Positions 1-13,449 are shown, numbered from the stretch's first letter. The stretch: DNA of 60,247 nt from Octopus bimaculoides (GCF_001194135.2 NC_068987.1:57432047-57492293); one strand, 5' to 3'. Translations and numbers: made by a program. The notes: a model not told the origin generated them from the letters alone.

Positions 1-886
1 CTGAGACATGAAAGTCTTTTGAAAATATTAGGTATTTCGATGTTCATTTTAGGTATAAAGTCAATAACAATATCTTCGCGTAACTGATATCAATGGTTCA
101 ATTGAGTTGATCCTTCTGTATTAATTGTATGAACATATTTGATCTCATCATTTTGATTTCAGATGGAGTGTGACCCTTGTACCACTTGTCAGTAATACTA
201 TTAATCATTCTATGTATTGTTTTTCTATCATTTCTGTAGTCCTTGTAGGATACAAGGGTGTTTGCCAGTTTTCTCTTTTGTAATGGTTATTAGGATATTG
301 TGTCTGCGGTCTTCTCTGATTTATAAGACGTTTGCTTTTTATGGTATTGTCTGCTTTGTGGAGCATAGCTTCTTGGTGTGTCCAAATTATTTGATTGAAT
401 GTATGTACTGCAGGGTCTATATTGGGGATTATAATATTGTTGGAGTATGAAAATCTTAATTCTATTTCTCCATTGAATTCGTTCCGTTGTCCTGTTTTGA
501 ATTTATAAAGATAATGCTTTAGTTTTAATTATTGAAGCATGAATATATTATGATTAGAATTACTTGGAGATTGGAGGAAAGTTAGGGAATTATTTGTCTG
601 GTAGTTGTAGTGGCAAAATGTTTGAGACAGAAGGTGACGTCTGGGAAAGAGTTGTACCAGTTGGTTGAAGTTTGTAAATATCAGTGTGGCTTGTGTGGGA
701 TGTAAACTGTCATGCTATTGTGTTACTCCGTTTATCCTCTGTAACATATGGAAACAAAGAGGTATTGATTGAGAGCATTAATGTCTCCCTCAACGATGAT
801 GTTTACTGTAAGAGTATCAAAGGGTTATAGTTGTGGTGTGAAACTCTGTAGGACGGCTGGTAAGATTGATGGTGTTATATATATAT

Positions 887-892
<6 letters not shown>
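1..892 (-). mobile_element. Degenerate Penelope-like element, RT C-terminal/thumb region
   Basis: Minus-strand translation with stops (..LVSYKDYRNDRKTIHRMIN..LTLYLK..) resembles the RT thumb and linker of Penelope-like elements (PLEs). It ends at a (GT)n tract. Confidence 0.5.

Positions 893-950
<58 letters not shown>
893..950. repeat. (GT)n microsatellite; representative of many (GT/CA)n, (AT)n and (TAT)n tracts in the window
   Basis: Direct reading. Others are at 1925-1980, 8695-8798, 9221-9316, 10399-10480, 13415-13468, 24749-24821, 30090-30197, 44095-44184, 50665-50745 and 55238-55350. Confidence 0.97.
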
Positions 951-1923
951 NNNNNNNNNNNNNNNNNNNNNNNNNNNNNNNNNNNNNNNNNNNNNNNNNN
1001 NNNNNNNNNNNNNNNNNNNNNNNNNNNNNNNNNNNNNNNNNNNNNNNNNNNNNNNNNNNNNNNNNNNNNNNNNNNNNNNNNNNNNNNNNNNNNNNNNNNN
1101 NNNNNNNNNCCAGTTGGTTGAAGTTTGTAAATATCAGTGTGGCTTGTGTGGGATGTAAACTGTCATGCTATTGTGTTACTCCGTTTATCCTCTGTAACAT
1201 ATGGAAACAAAGAGGTATTGATTGAGAGCATTAATGTCTCCCTCAACGATGATGTTTACTGTAAGAGTATCAAAGGGTTATAGTTGTGGTGTGAAACTCT
1301 GTAGGACGGCTGGTAAGATTGATGGTGTTATATATATATGTGTATATACTCACTCTTGTGTACGTTTATTATTTTCATATGTTATGTAATGTTCTTATTT
1401 TGAAAAATTTTATTATTTATCATTCGTTGACGAGTGTCATTTGTGATAGCTATAAACTGAATGCCTATTTGGACATCTCAAATTCATCCGCCTACCTTAC
1501 GCTAGGGTCTCAGTTTGCAAGAAATTGCACCTAAATATATTACCTGAACACTAAATTGCTGACTTAATGGTTAACCGCACAAGATGAAATAGTTCACAAG
1601 AAGTGTATACATGTAATATTGGGAATTTTCTTATCCATGACGTTTTATGTCTTTATTTCTCTTTGAATCAACTTTTTGTTAGTTGCGATGATATCGATAA
1701 AGCAGTTACATGAAATAAGGCATTATCAGCAGCGGTGTATTCTAAATAAAACTTGTATCCTCATAGTACTCAACGTTGAAACCAGTATTTCAGAGACTTT
1801 TCTAGATTCCTATTACAATAAGAATCATTCTATGCTATGCAGACATTTCCAAATAGCTTATGCAGATGTGGGGATTTGTTAAAAAGCAGTAGAAGAAAAA
1901 CTTCGATGCTGTTGTAAGAACAA

Positions 1924-1957
<34 letters not shown>

Positions 1958-4329
1958 CGTGCGCGCGTGTGTGCGCGTGTGTGTTTATGAAGTAAATAAG
2001 ACTTGTGGATTTAAAAATCATTGCAAACATCGGTAAGATAGTGTGTTCCCTTGAAATGGTATATGTTCATTTGTGCGATAATGAACATTTATGCAGTATA
2101 TAGTCTATGTTTGTAATCGACACTTAGATGATAGTGATATGTTGTAAACAAGAACATTCTCACATCGAGAGAAAACACAGCACATTCGAGAGTGCAGGAT
2201 TTTTACGGGTATTGTTACTCCAGATATTTCTTTCAGTTCAAAAGTTTCATTTGTGGATACTAGAGACGAAAGAGTACAATGAAATGGCATTTTGAAGGGT
2301 ACAATATTTGTAACTCGATATCAAGAGAAGATTAAACATAAAATTATCAAAACGCGAAATCAAAATTGATGTTATGTTCTTAGCATCCACATATGATAAT
2401 GAAATGTAAAAAACTCGTTGATGTAGTTATTGCTTGTAAGAATCCGACTAGCAACTCTCGCGATGAATTATTAGTAGGAAAGTTGTTTTAAATGAAGTTT
2501 TATTCTGAATTTCTTTCATGTTGTGTTTATATTAATATAATAAAAAAATCTGTATCTGTCACTTTTTCCAAAATGATGTTGTTAATTGCTAAACTTAACC
2601 TCTTCAGATGCAATTCTCTGAATTAACAGAAACTAAATGCATATTGGAACTAAATTATTAAGTTGATATGAACAGATCAAAGAGATTACTTGAGCCAAAA
2701 GAATATTTTGGATAGAAAATCTCTGGCAATATATGCACTTTAATGAAATTTATCGTTCTTTATAGAATACCGAAAACTTGTAAATAATTTTTTCTTCTAC
2801 GCAATATTGTAATTATCTGAAAACGGTTTTATGAATCCTGTTTAAGTTTATAACATCAATACTAGAAGATTTTCAATAACAGAGCATAATTTTGCACAAA
2901 CTCTTTGAGAATTCAATAAATCAATACAAAGATGAATCATTTGATAGTTAATGAATGCATCCCCAAAGAATACATCGAGATTAAAGAGTTTAAATGAAGT
3001 GATCTAAGCTGCGTGAATAGAAATTGACAGGATGTGTCAATTGGCTGTCTTGAAACGATTGGTACTAGATCACAGTAATATAGGAATTTAATTGTATTGG
3101 TTTGAGAGTTTACCGATAAGTTGGTGACAGAATCAGTTTTGTACAAAATCGAATATATGAAAATCAGCATTTTAGTCGTGTAACTTTGTCTGATTATCAA
3201 AAAATATATTTACGTAAAAAAAAAAAAAAACCTTAATGAAAAACAAACACTGATAATGCTGACTGTCTGAATCAGAAACAGTTCAGAACCAGGAGTGTCT
3301 GTTATAAGCATGAAAAGCGTGATTAGGAGAAAAAATAATTGAAGATTATAAGGTACTTTATATTCTATTTATGACAGGATGAAATAACAAGAGCTGAGCA
3401 CGTAAATGTTGAATTTAGGAAACACGTACACACACATGCATGCATACACATACTCGCGCGCACGCACACACATACTCTCGCGCACGCACACACGCGCGCA
3501 CACACAGAGTCACAGAGTTACGCACATGCACGTATACACGCAAACCCTAACACGGGATCAGTTTTCACCGAAATTGAAATAGTGGATCAGACAACGAGTA
3601 TGTTCCGTCACTAGTAAGTACTTTAAAGTGCATGTACATTAGGTGTATTTAACTAAGAGACATAAAAATAACAAGGAAAGAAATGCCAAGCTTAATTGAT
3701 ATGAACAAAATTAAAAGAAAAACAACAAAAAGACACTACGAATGAAAGGCTTAAAAGAGTCAATGCATCACGATTTAAAGAGAAGGAAGATCAAACGGTT
3801 GTAGAATTCGTCCTTTTCGAAATAATTAGGAAAAATTGGTACACACATGCACACACATGCACACACAGGCACACATACACTCACACACACATACACACAC
3901 ATACACACACGCACACACATACACATACACGCACACACACACGCATATATATGTGACCCGATAGCGTTGGCTATATAGTCTTCAGAAATACTCTTGCAAT
4001 CTCCATTTTCCCTTTCTAGATTTTCATGAGGGTTTCTTTCACTAAATATCAAATATATAAACAAGATTCTTAAGCTAATTTAACACAGATGTTGTTGAAA
4101 CATTGATAGCCACATTGTAAAATTACGAATGAGAGTTACGCATCTCTGAAGACTTGACAATGCAATTTGATTATGTAATTTACAATATATAACAAATAGT
4201 TGTTTTTCATAAATGAAATATACGTATATTGATGTAAATACATATTTTATAAGAAAATGTTCCGTTCTGTTTATCGCTCTCTCTCTCTCTCTTTTTCTGT
4301 TTCTCTTTATAATGCCGAAACATAACTCT

Positions 4330-6720
4330 ACCACAAACACTTAAGATATAGAAAAGGCTACTATGATACTAACTTTACTAGATTGACAAATACATGGGGA
4401 GAAAGACGAGGGAAAAACAGACACAATAAAAGTCATAATGCAAATAGACATCATGTAAGTTTAAGGAATCTACGGGTAACGACAAACAATCCCAAACATC
4501 CCGAATGGCTTAAGAAGCATAAAAGAGAATGGGAACAAGACAAACATTAAATGCAACGTAATATAAATAGAGAACATGAAATATTCTTTCATCTACGAAG
4601 AAACAGCAAGAATCCCAGAAACATGAATTCGGGACACAATATGAGAACTCCTTTATTAAGAATCCGATGAAAAAAAAATCAAACACACCCACAGAATATA
4701 TAGACCCTAAGATTATAAATTTGTCGAAAAGAAACCTAAGTAGAAACGAAATGGATCTTTTATTGAAAGGTTTCAAATTTACCTCTTCTAAAATTCTTAG
4801 AACAAAAAGCAGATATTGAACATTTTAGTCGCCACCTTCACCTCACAGAATTCTTCGCAATAAGAATATAAACGATAGGTCAACTGCCAGAAATAATTCT
4901 TTCACTTTTTACAAACATTTTACATATGAAACACAATTTCCAAATTTCCTCTCAGTGACCGTAAATGCAAACAAAACCTTCGTAGAGAAGAAAAGGAAGT
5001 CTTACTTCAAGAACGATAACTCAGTTATTCTAAAAGAAGTCGATGAAGGTGGAGCGACAGTGATTATGGGCAGGGACGATAATAAAAACAATATATTGGA
5101 GTATCTAAGAAACCCAAATAACTATGAGGAAGAAACAAAAAACCCCAGAAAAAACAACAATGAGTAAAGTCAGAATATTATTTTCTACTCTAGGCACAAG
5201 ACTCGAAAGTTTGGTTGGATAGGGGCAATCGATTACATCAACTGCAGTACGCAACTGGTACTTAATTTATCGACCCCGAAAGGATGAAAGGCAAAGTCGA
5301 CCTCGGCGGATTTTGAACTCGGAACGTAAAGACTGAAGATATACCACTAAGCATTTCGCCCGGCGTGCTAGCGTTTCTGCCAGCTCGCCGGCTTAGTAAA
5401 GTCAGAATATTAATTAACCAATGTTTAGACTCCTTCACAGACAAAGAAATAGATAACTGATGTAACTCTAAAATTAAAGACAGCAATTTCTACTGATAAC
5501 CCAAGATCCATAAAAGCTCGGAAATACAGAGAGCCAAAAGTGAACAGAAGAACCAGCATTCAGAAAATACCAAGATCTGCAGATCACAAATTGAGACCAA
5601 TAGTGGCTGGGTTACAAATCCCAAACACGACAACTAAGTCAGCGTTTAGATAAACGCCTTAAACCACTATGTCCATTAATACTCAGTTATATTATGAGAT
5701 GATATGGATTGTCTCAAATACATTCCACCCACTCTCCTAGAAGGAAATATCCTTACAAGCTTCGATATTAGTAATCTTTATACTAATATACCTCACAGCT
5801 TGGGCCTGGAAGCAATTAAACACTGGGTAGAAAAAAACAGAAGATAAAGTTTGCTCAAAAGTTTTCCCAAAAACTTGATAATGGAATCCATTATGAAACG
5901 TTCATTTCAAAACGGACTCCATTACCAATACCGCACGCTGAGTACTAGAGGAAAATACCTTTAACTTTGATGGTAAAATATATCGTCAAACAAAGGACAC
6001 ATCCATGGGGACAACATTTCCACCATCAGTATTTGAACTTTTATACTTGCCATCAATGACACATCAAAAAGAACATTCCATATAGTATGGTAAAACGTAT
6101 CCGTGCAATATTAGATGAGTCGAAAATATGTCAGATTCGGTTCAATGAGCTCAATGGATTGCACACATCATACAAAAATGAAAAAACAGAATTATCCCTC
6201 AAAATTAATAAATGACAGAATTATAAAGGTGATTAAACTGGACATCATACCACTGAGGACACCTATGTAAAAATGAAAGACAGTACTATTCTAGCTATTA
6301 ATAAACATATTCCTGGCGTGAGCAACCTTTTTTAGACTATGAAAACAATTCTATCAATACTCTTATAAAGCCCCAAAATGAAAAATCTGGTTGATGAAAA
6401 CCTTATACAGGACAATAAACTTCAGCCAAAAAAATCTAACCAGTAACGCCAAGAGCAACTTCAAATATTTAGACACTGGTTCCCATATAAAATTTATAAG
6501 TGGATTCTCCTCCTAAGGAAACGCAGAAATGAACTACAAGACACAGAATCTCATATACTGCATGGCCTGCCTCTATTGCAAAGGAAATTATATTAGAAAA
6601 ACCAACACTTGCTTTGCCAACATCCAAGAATCCACAGACACATATCAGTATGTCTAAAGGAGAACCCAAAATCCCGGAAGGTAATAGAACTAAGTACATT
6701 TTATCAAAAAAAATTCTTAC
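4330..6720 (+). mobile_element. Near full-length degenerate Penelope-like retroelement (RT + GIY-YIG endonuclease)
   Basis: PLE motifs in order despite frameshifts: IINLSKRNLSRNEMDLLLKGFKF; ILKEVDEGGATVIM (ADKG motif); SFDISNLYTNIPH; FDGKIYRQTKDTSMGT; NLIYCMACLYCKGNYI (GIY-YIG). Interrupted by a SINE. Confidence 0.9.
5181..5394 (-). mobile_element. tRNA-derived SINE (family A) inserted in the Penelope element
   Basis: Matches the family-A head ggcggcgagctggcagaa... Flanked by an 18-bp target-site duplication (TSD), AGTAAAGTCAGAATATTA, at 5163-5180 and 5395-5412. Confidence 0.92.
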
Positions 6721-7022
6721 CTAAACTGAATATTTAAAACAAGAAAAAAATTGTTTCTGAACACATGAGAAATCCTTATTCAAATGTTTTCATTACTGAT
6801 ACTAAAATAACTAGAAAAATTCACTTAAGCACCAACGCATAATACACACACACCCGCTTAAACACCCATACATATATAATAATCTTCCAAAACAATTTTG
6901 ACAGTGTCTATTTTCAATAGCTGGGTAACATGACAACTGATAAAACGGAAAAGAAAACAATGACTAAAAGAAAATTGACCTTTAGAATTGCCATCAATTT
7001 CAACCAGTTCAGAAAAAGAATC

Positions 7023-7061
<39 letters not shown>

Positions 7062-7163
7062 TAGCCAACCCACACCAAAATTCACCGAACATTAATACTT
7101 ATACACATATACATATACACACATATATACACGCAAACACACGCACACGTACACAAACGCACA

Positions 7164-7199
<36 letters not shown>

Positions 7200-7623
7200 T
7201 ATATATGTACATATATATGAATATGAGTTTCAAATATAAAATGTAAACATCGTTTAAAAGAGTTACATAAAATACGTTTCAATATGTTGAATGAGATTCA
7301 AAGTCCCAATGCTCATTATTGTATTTAAAAAGCTACAAATCAATGAAATATTTTTTTACAAATTCATTAGTAGTCGTCAGGGACTTAGAGTACAAGCCAA
7401 AGTGCATTGCATTCCATCACCGACACATTGCTGTATCTGTAGTACATCAAATTAACTTCCATTGTCTCCTCAAACCTATATCTAAATAGTTGCTATGGCA
7501 TGCACAACACATTTCAGCAGCAATAATAATTCATACCGTAATTGGTTAGGTTAGTGACATAAATACTCCCTAACGTACCCTACTTGATAAACTTATCAGC
7601 ATAAACATGAACTTCTAAGGAGT

Positions 7624-8692
7624 CTAAGTCTGTAGATATTCTATTAATCCAAGGAGGGGGGGGGATTTTTTGATGGAACAGACTTTACAGTAACTGCTAT
7701 TTCCCCTATCTTTCGGTAAATTTTTCTTTGGATAATTTTTGAACATGTTGTCCTTAAAGATTCTAATGCGCTTTCCATATCTTGCTATGCGGGTAGCTTT
7801 AGCACATACCTTTTGCTTGATAGTTTCTATGGTGGTATCGCTGTCAAATATGCTTTTCATATTGTATTTTTTCTTTAATTTTAAGGTTTTTTTAATATTC
7901 TATGTCGGACCGAAGTAGCGGAATTTGGTGTTGAATACGCTCTTGCCAAGTAGGCTTTTTGTGGGAATGTTGTCGTCTTCTAATCTTTTCATCACATAGT
8001 ATCGTTGAGATTTTCGCGGATGCATAGTGCAGGTAGTTAAGATCCGTAATATCCACATCATTACCTGAAATTATATTCTTAAGTGCAATTTTACCAATTA
8101 CTTTCAGGTTTTGGTTAGAATTGCAAATTTTTGGGAGAGTGTCGCGTTCATTCATACTGGTTTCTTAAATTTTCAGCCATTCAATCATGATTTGATTTTT
8201 TTAGATCATGTAGTTCTGTTGTATCAATTTCTGTGTGACTTTCTTCATCTATTTGATTTTCATCTGCCTTAGTGTTTATAATTGTTTCATAAAGTATTTC
8301 ACTTTGCTTATTAGTTACATTAACTCTTTCATTCATCATTGCATTTTTATCAGACTTGGGTTGGTCTATAATTATTTCCTCTGTAGTATCTTCTTTGGCT
8401 GCAACTTCGTTCCATTTATCTCTTACTGATTCAGTTAGTAATTCAGTTAGCAATTTCTTTTTCATAATGCTTCTTCTGTTACGTTGGCAAGTTTGTTATT
8501 GTCTATGAAGGATCTTACTTCAAGGAGCTTCTGTTTCCAGTTTAAGTAGGTTTGTATAGTATTAGATTTATTTGTGGGGAAATATATGGCATGATAGAAA
8601 GCCTTGAGAACTTCTTTATTATCTCTCCTAGACCATTTTTCATTCTTTTCCTTTTGGTTATTTGTTGACGAGCATGAATGACCATCTGTTGG
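7624..8692 (-). mobile_element. R4/Dong-clade non-LTR retrotransposon, degenerate N-terminal ORF region
   Basis: KWSRRDNKEVLKAFY...; KPTWQERIQHQIPLLRSDI; TIETIKQKVCAKATRIARY...FKDNMFKNYPK. These resemble the pre-RT region of R4/Dong-type REL-endonuclease LINEs. Confidence 0.72.
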
Positions 8693-8715
8693 AATATTAT
8701 TATTATTACTATTAC

Positions 8716-8798
<83 letters not shown>

Positions 8799-8801
<3 letters not shown>

Positions 8802-9220
8802 GTTTGACTTTTGTTTTGCATTTGTACAAGTTGAATCCAAGTCTCACCCAGAAACCTCAAGAGACAACAAGTTAGAAGTTCATGTAGGTGTTATGCCTAG
8901 GGTACCATATATTTGGATTTGTACAGNNNNNNNNNNNNNNNNNNNNNNNNNNNNNNNNNNNNNNNNNNNNNNNNNNNNNNNNNNNNNNNNNNNNNNNNNN
9001 NNNNNNNNNNNNNNNNNNNNNNNNNNNNNNNNNNNNNNNNNNNNNNNNNNNNNNNNNNNNNNNNNNNNNNNNNNNNNNNNNNNNNNNNNNTCCCAGGGCG
9101 CCTATGACAATAGGTATTGTTTTCGTCTTCAGATTCCACATTTTGCTAATTTCTATTTCAAGATCTTTATATTTGCTCAGTTTTTGGTAGGTCCTGACAG
9201 ATACGTTTATATCGATTGGG
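8799..9220 (-). mobile_element. R4/Dong-clade LINE 3' fragment (REL endonuclease end + 3' UTR + (AAT)n tail)
   Basis: IPIDINVSVRTYQKLSKYKDLEIEISKMWNLKTKTIPIVIGALG, then a gap, then a UTR ending ...caaacatat(aat)n. Confidence 0.88.
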
Positions 9221-9254
9221 ATTATTATTATTATCATTATTATTATTATTATTA

Positions 9255-9297
<43 letters not shown>

Positions 9298-9316
9298 AAT
9301 TATTATTATTATTATT

Positions 9317-9858
9317 GAGTGAGAAAGTAGTGCCTGCCATCTAAGTGACATGGGTAAAATATACGAATCCCAGTATACCCATCATGACTACTAGTCTGAT
9401 AAGGGTACACCAGGCACATGCGTTACAACCATTTGTGAACGACATGATGATTTCATATCAAGATAAACAGCGCAATTGGGCTCCAGTTAGAATTTTCTGC
9501 AGGTCGAGTAGGCTATCTCAAACAAAAGGTCCCTGAATAAGCGTTGTTTAAAGATGTTGAACGAAGCATCCACGTTTCCCGAGGTGAGTTATCGAAACCC
9601 TAAAGAATTCCTTTTAATACATGGCTATGATGCCCCCCATCCATTTCTTCTGCTCGTGATCAGAGATGCACATATCGTCAGCCACTAAGGGACATGCTCA
9701 ACTGGTTAAAGTCAAATAACTGACAAGTAAATCTGTGGTATTGAGCATAATATTTGCTGTAGCCCATCTTTTATACCAAGACAAAACAATATACATAAAA
9801 CTTCCAATCAGTTAAGATCGGAAGCCATGAGAGCCAGTGTCTGGTACTGCATCACGAC

Positions 9859-9860
<2 letters not shown>
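9317..9860 (-). mobile_element. ~550-bp non-coding (AAT)n-tailed repeat, copy 1
   Basis: Aligns end to end with 23332-23896 and most of 10799-11298. The minus strand ends ...ctcactc(aat)n. Orientation inferred from the tail. Confidence 0.8.
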
Positions 9861-9896
<36 letters not shown>

Positions 9897-9898
<2 letters not shown>

Positions 9899-10396
9899 TT
9901 TAACTCAGGTTTTATTGGAACTCCTGGAGTCTTGCATGCGTAGCGGGCTTGCTGTTTGTAGCCTACGGTACCATGCTATCTATTCTGTTCAACTATCTAA
10001 TACTACCCCGATTATTCTGGCCGTGCCAAGGAGGCAATTTTTTTGTAACTGTTCTACTGGGCACTCTCTTCCTATTTCCTTCATGTTCCTCTTGATGCCA
10101 TCTGATACTGACCCCAGAGGATCCGACAATAATTGTCATTATCTTCACATTCTTCATTTTCTATTGCCTGTCTATTTCAAACCTAAGAGGGTTGCATATA
10201 TCTGTTTTTTTCACCTTTCTTCTTGACTGCTCGTGCGTCAAAGGGTTTACGCAACATCAAGTGTATAGCACATGTGGTGCACCTTGTCCACCACCACTAG
10301 GTCCGGTTTCTTATGCTCTAACACCTGATCTGCTTGGATTGGGAAATTCCGCAAGATTTTGTAGGTATCCGTCTCTACCACTTTCTGCGGTTTGTC

Positions 10397-10398
<2 letters not shown>
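9897..10398 (-). mobile_element. R4/Dong-clade LINE 3' fragment, a second subfamily
   Basis: KPQKVVETDTYKILRNFPIQADQVLEHKKPDLVVVDK...DVA (PD..D motif) and QKNCLLGTARII. Bounded by (ATT)n tracts on both sides. Confidence 0.85.
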
Positions 10399-10480
<82 letters not shown>

Positions 10481-10692
10481 GAGGCGGCGAGCTGGCAGAA
10501 ACGTTAGCACGCCGGGAAAAATACCTAGCGGTATTTCGTCGGTCTTTACGTTCTGAGTTCAGATTCTGCCGAAGTCGACTTTGCCTTTCACCCTTTCGGA
10601 GTCGATAAATTAAGTACCAGTTGGTACTGGTTTCGATCTAATCGACTAGCCCCCTCCCCCCAAATTTCGGGGCTTGTGCCTAGAGTAGAAAG
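10481..10692 (+). mobile_element. tRNA-derived SINE family A
   Basis: Head ggcggcgagctggcagaaacgttagcacgccggg, B-box-like gagttcagattc, 3' end cctagagtagaaag followed by (ATT)n. Confidence 0.9.
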
Positions 10693-10694
10693 TA

Positions 10695-10773
<79 letters not shown>

Positions 10774-10798
10774 CAGTAGTAGTAGTAGTAGTAATATT

Positions 10799-11298
10799 GA
10801 GTGGGAGAGCAGTGCATGCCTTCAAAGGACTCTAGATACAAATATACGAAGCTCAATATACCCATCATGATAATATACCCATCTGATAAGAGTATACCAG
10901 GCTCATACATCACAACCATGTGTGCGACTTACTGATCTCATATCTAAATAAGCAGTGCACGACTTTGTTAGAATTTTCTTCACAAGCTCATCCCGCTCAA
11001 AATGTCCCTGAATAAAGGTTGTTAAGGGTGTTAAACGAAACACCCATGTTTCCAAAGGTGAACTATTCAAACTCCAAAGAATTCCTCTCGATACATATCT
11101 ATGATGCTTCCCCACTACTTCTGCTCGTAATCAGAGATGCACATATTGTTAGCCACCAAGGGACATGCTCAACTGGTTAAGGTCAAACAACTGACAAGCA
11201 AATCTGTGGTATTGAGTTGTAGCCCAGCTTTTATTCCAAGACAAATCGTGTACATGATAACACTTCCAATCAGTTAAGATCAGAAGCCATGTGTGCCA
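10799..11298 (-). mobile_element. ~550-bp (AAT)n-tailed repeat, copy 2
   Basis: Homologous to 9317-9860; abuts an (AGT)n/(ATT)n tract. Confidence 0.8.
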
Positions 11299-11759
11299 CT
11301 TTGTACCTGTCATGGAAAAATGTGCGACTTGTCGTTCTACTGGTTTCTTAGCAAGGAAAACTGAAGGAAAAAGCTATCTTTGTAAAATATTTCTTCCGCC
11401 GAACTTTCCGGGAATGCTTCCTGGAATGTATGTTGTAAATAGATGGCTAGTTTAAAATATTACAGACATTAACTCTTTCGTTTATACTCGATCAACAGTG
11501 TGGTAAATACCACTAAACGGAGTGACACAACGCCTGTCAAAACCTCACTAGCATACAAAAGCAACGAGAGAAAAGAAGTGGTACAAATTAATCACACAGA
11601 AAAACTGAGACATTTTAAAGGAGAAAAATAATGATATTTTGACATTAAACATTCATATTGAAGTAGACATTCGTTAAGATATTTCAAAAAGCAAGAAACA
11701 AAACAAACAAATAATATATACATATTTTGCCTGCTGAACATAGTAAAAATATTTTAAAC

Positions 11760-12560
11760 GTCATTAATAACAATGGAAGTAGTCTTCTTGATATTAATAT
11801 ATTGAAAAGTAATTCCACATAGTGGCCAAAATCAGAAAGGGTCAAAAGTCAGAAATTTCAGATGTTAATAGCTGTGCAACTTTTTAAATCTCAATCTCTC
11901 CAGATGTTTATTTTGTATTTAATTTCCTAAGAGTTCTATAGAATAATTGCTAGTAATATTCTACGATTGATACAATCGAACACTACGAACACTTGGCATT
12001 CTCCCATTGTCTAAAGCCAACGTTCCTTTTCTTTCATACGTTCCCAAACTTTCACTTTCCCTCACCTTTCACGAAATATAAACTAATTGTTGTTTGATTC
12101 CAGATAACATCTGATCAAATACGACCTATGACCAAAAGTGTTGCACAATGCAGCCTTTACGTATATTTAGCACTGTATTATATTTTGAAGATGTACAGTT
12201 GCTATTTCTGGTAAATCTATAAGCCATCGAATTCAACAGGGAAGAAAAATATTTGACCTTAAGTTTTTGCCGAAATAAACTGATATTTAGCTTCATGCGT
12301 AAACAGATCTTAATTAAAACCAACTACAGATTTAACATCTCTGTTTTCAAACAATTGTTCTTTTGTTTAAATATCAAGCAGAAAATCACTCCTCCTACAA
12401 ATAGAATGACAAAAGGATAAAACAAGATCAACAAATTGCTAGTTTAATTGAATACGGCTGTTAAGTCTCCTACAGGATTTATTCCAAACAATTGATATTT
12501 TTTTTAATGATTTCATTTTTAGAAAAAATATCTCTCGGGCATCATGCACATGAGGTATTG
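11760..12560 (-). mobile_element. Possible highly degenerate hAT transposase remnant
   Basis: Only a weak resemblance (PF*FWPLCGITFQYINIKK) to the hAT C-terminal dimerisation motif; many stops. Confidence 0.25.
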
Positions 12561-13401
12561 CAATTACAGGGAGTAAGTTCTTTATGTTATAGTCTTTGTA
12601 TTTTACATGAAATTCCAATCAGGAAATTAATTAAAAAGAAAACAAAGGAAAAAACGAGAAAGAGGAGTAAAGAACAAAGTGAGAGAGACAGAGAGAGAAG
12701 AGGAGAGAAAGAAAAAAAGAAAGAAAGAGAGAGAAAAATAATATACAAGAGGTAGAGAAAGTGGAGAAAGAAAGGAACAAAGAGGAAACAAAGNNNNNNN
12801 NNNNNNNNNNNNNNNNNNNNNNNNNNNNNNNNNNNNNNNNNNNNNNNNNNNNNNNNNNNNNNNNNNNNNNNNNNNNNNNNNNNNNNNNNNNNNNNNNNNN
12901 NNNNNNNNNNNNNNNNNNNNNNNNNNNNNNNNNNNNNNNNNNNNNNNNNNNNNNNNNNNNNNNNNNNNNNNNNNNNNNNNNNNNNNNNNNNNNNNNNNNN
13001 NNNNNNNNNNNNNNNNNNNNNNNNNNNNNNNNNNNNNNNNNNNNNNNNNNNNNNNNNNNNNNNNNNNNNNNNNNNNNNNNNNNNNNNNNNNNNNNNNNNN
13101 NNNNNNNNNNNNNNNNNNNNNNNNNNNNNNNNNNNNNNNNNNNNNNNNNNNNNNNNNNNNNNNNNNNNNNNNNNNNNNNNNNNNNNNNNNNNNNNNNNNN
13201 NNNNNNNNNNNNNNNNNNNNNNNNNNNNNNNNNNNNNNNNNNNATATACAAGAGGTAGAGAAAGTGGAGAAAGAAAGGAACAAAGAGGAAACAAAGACAG
13301 AAACTAGTGCAAGATCATCTCATAATGTCGTTAAACACTTTAAAATTTCCATATGAGTAGTCACATGATCATTTATCATCCTAGGGGACGAGTATTGTCG
13401 T

Positions 13402-13449
<48 letters not shown>

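Noticed and set aside
2040-3200. Coding-like AT-rich stretch, including QLRSLHLNSL in ORF 2937-3200
   Set aside because: No splice-bounded 72-bp LRR and no recognisable transposase motif; many stops.
12066-12395. Strong minus-strand donor (AAG|GTGAG) with an upstream acceptor
   Set aside because: All frames contain stops and there is no LGR similarity.
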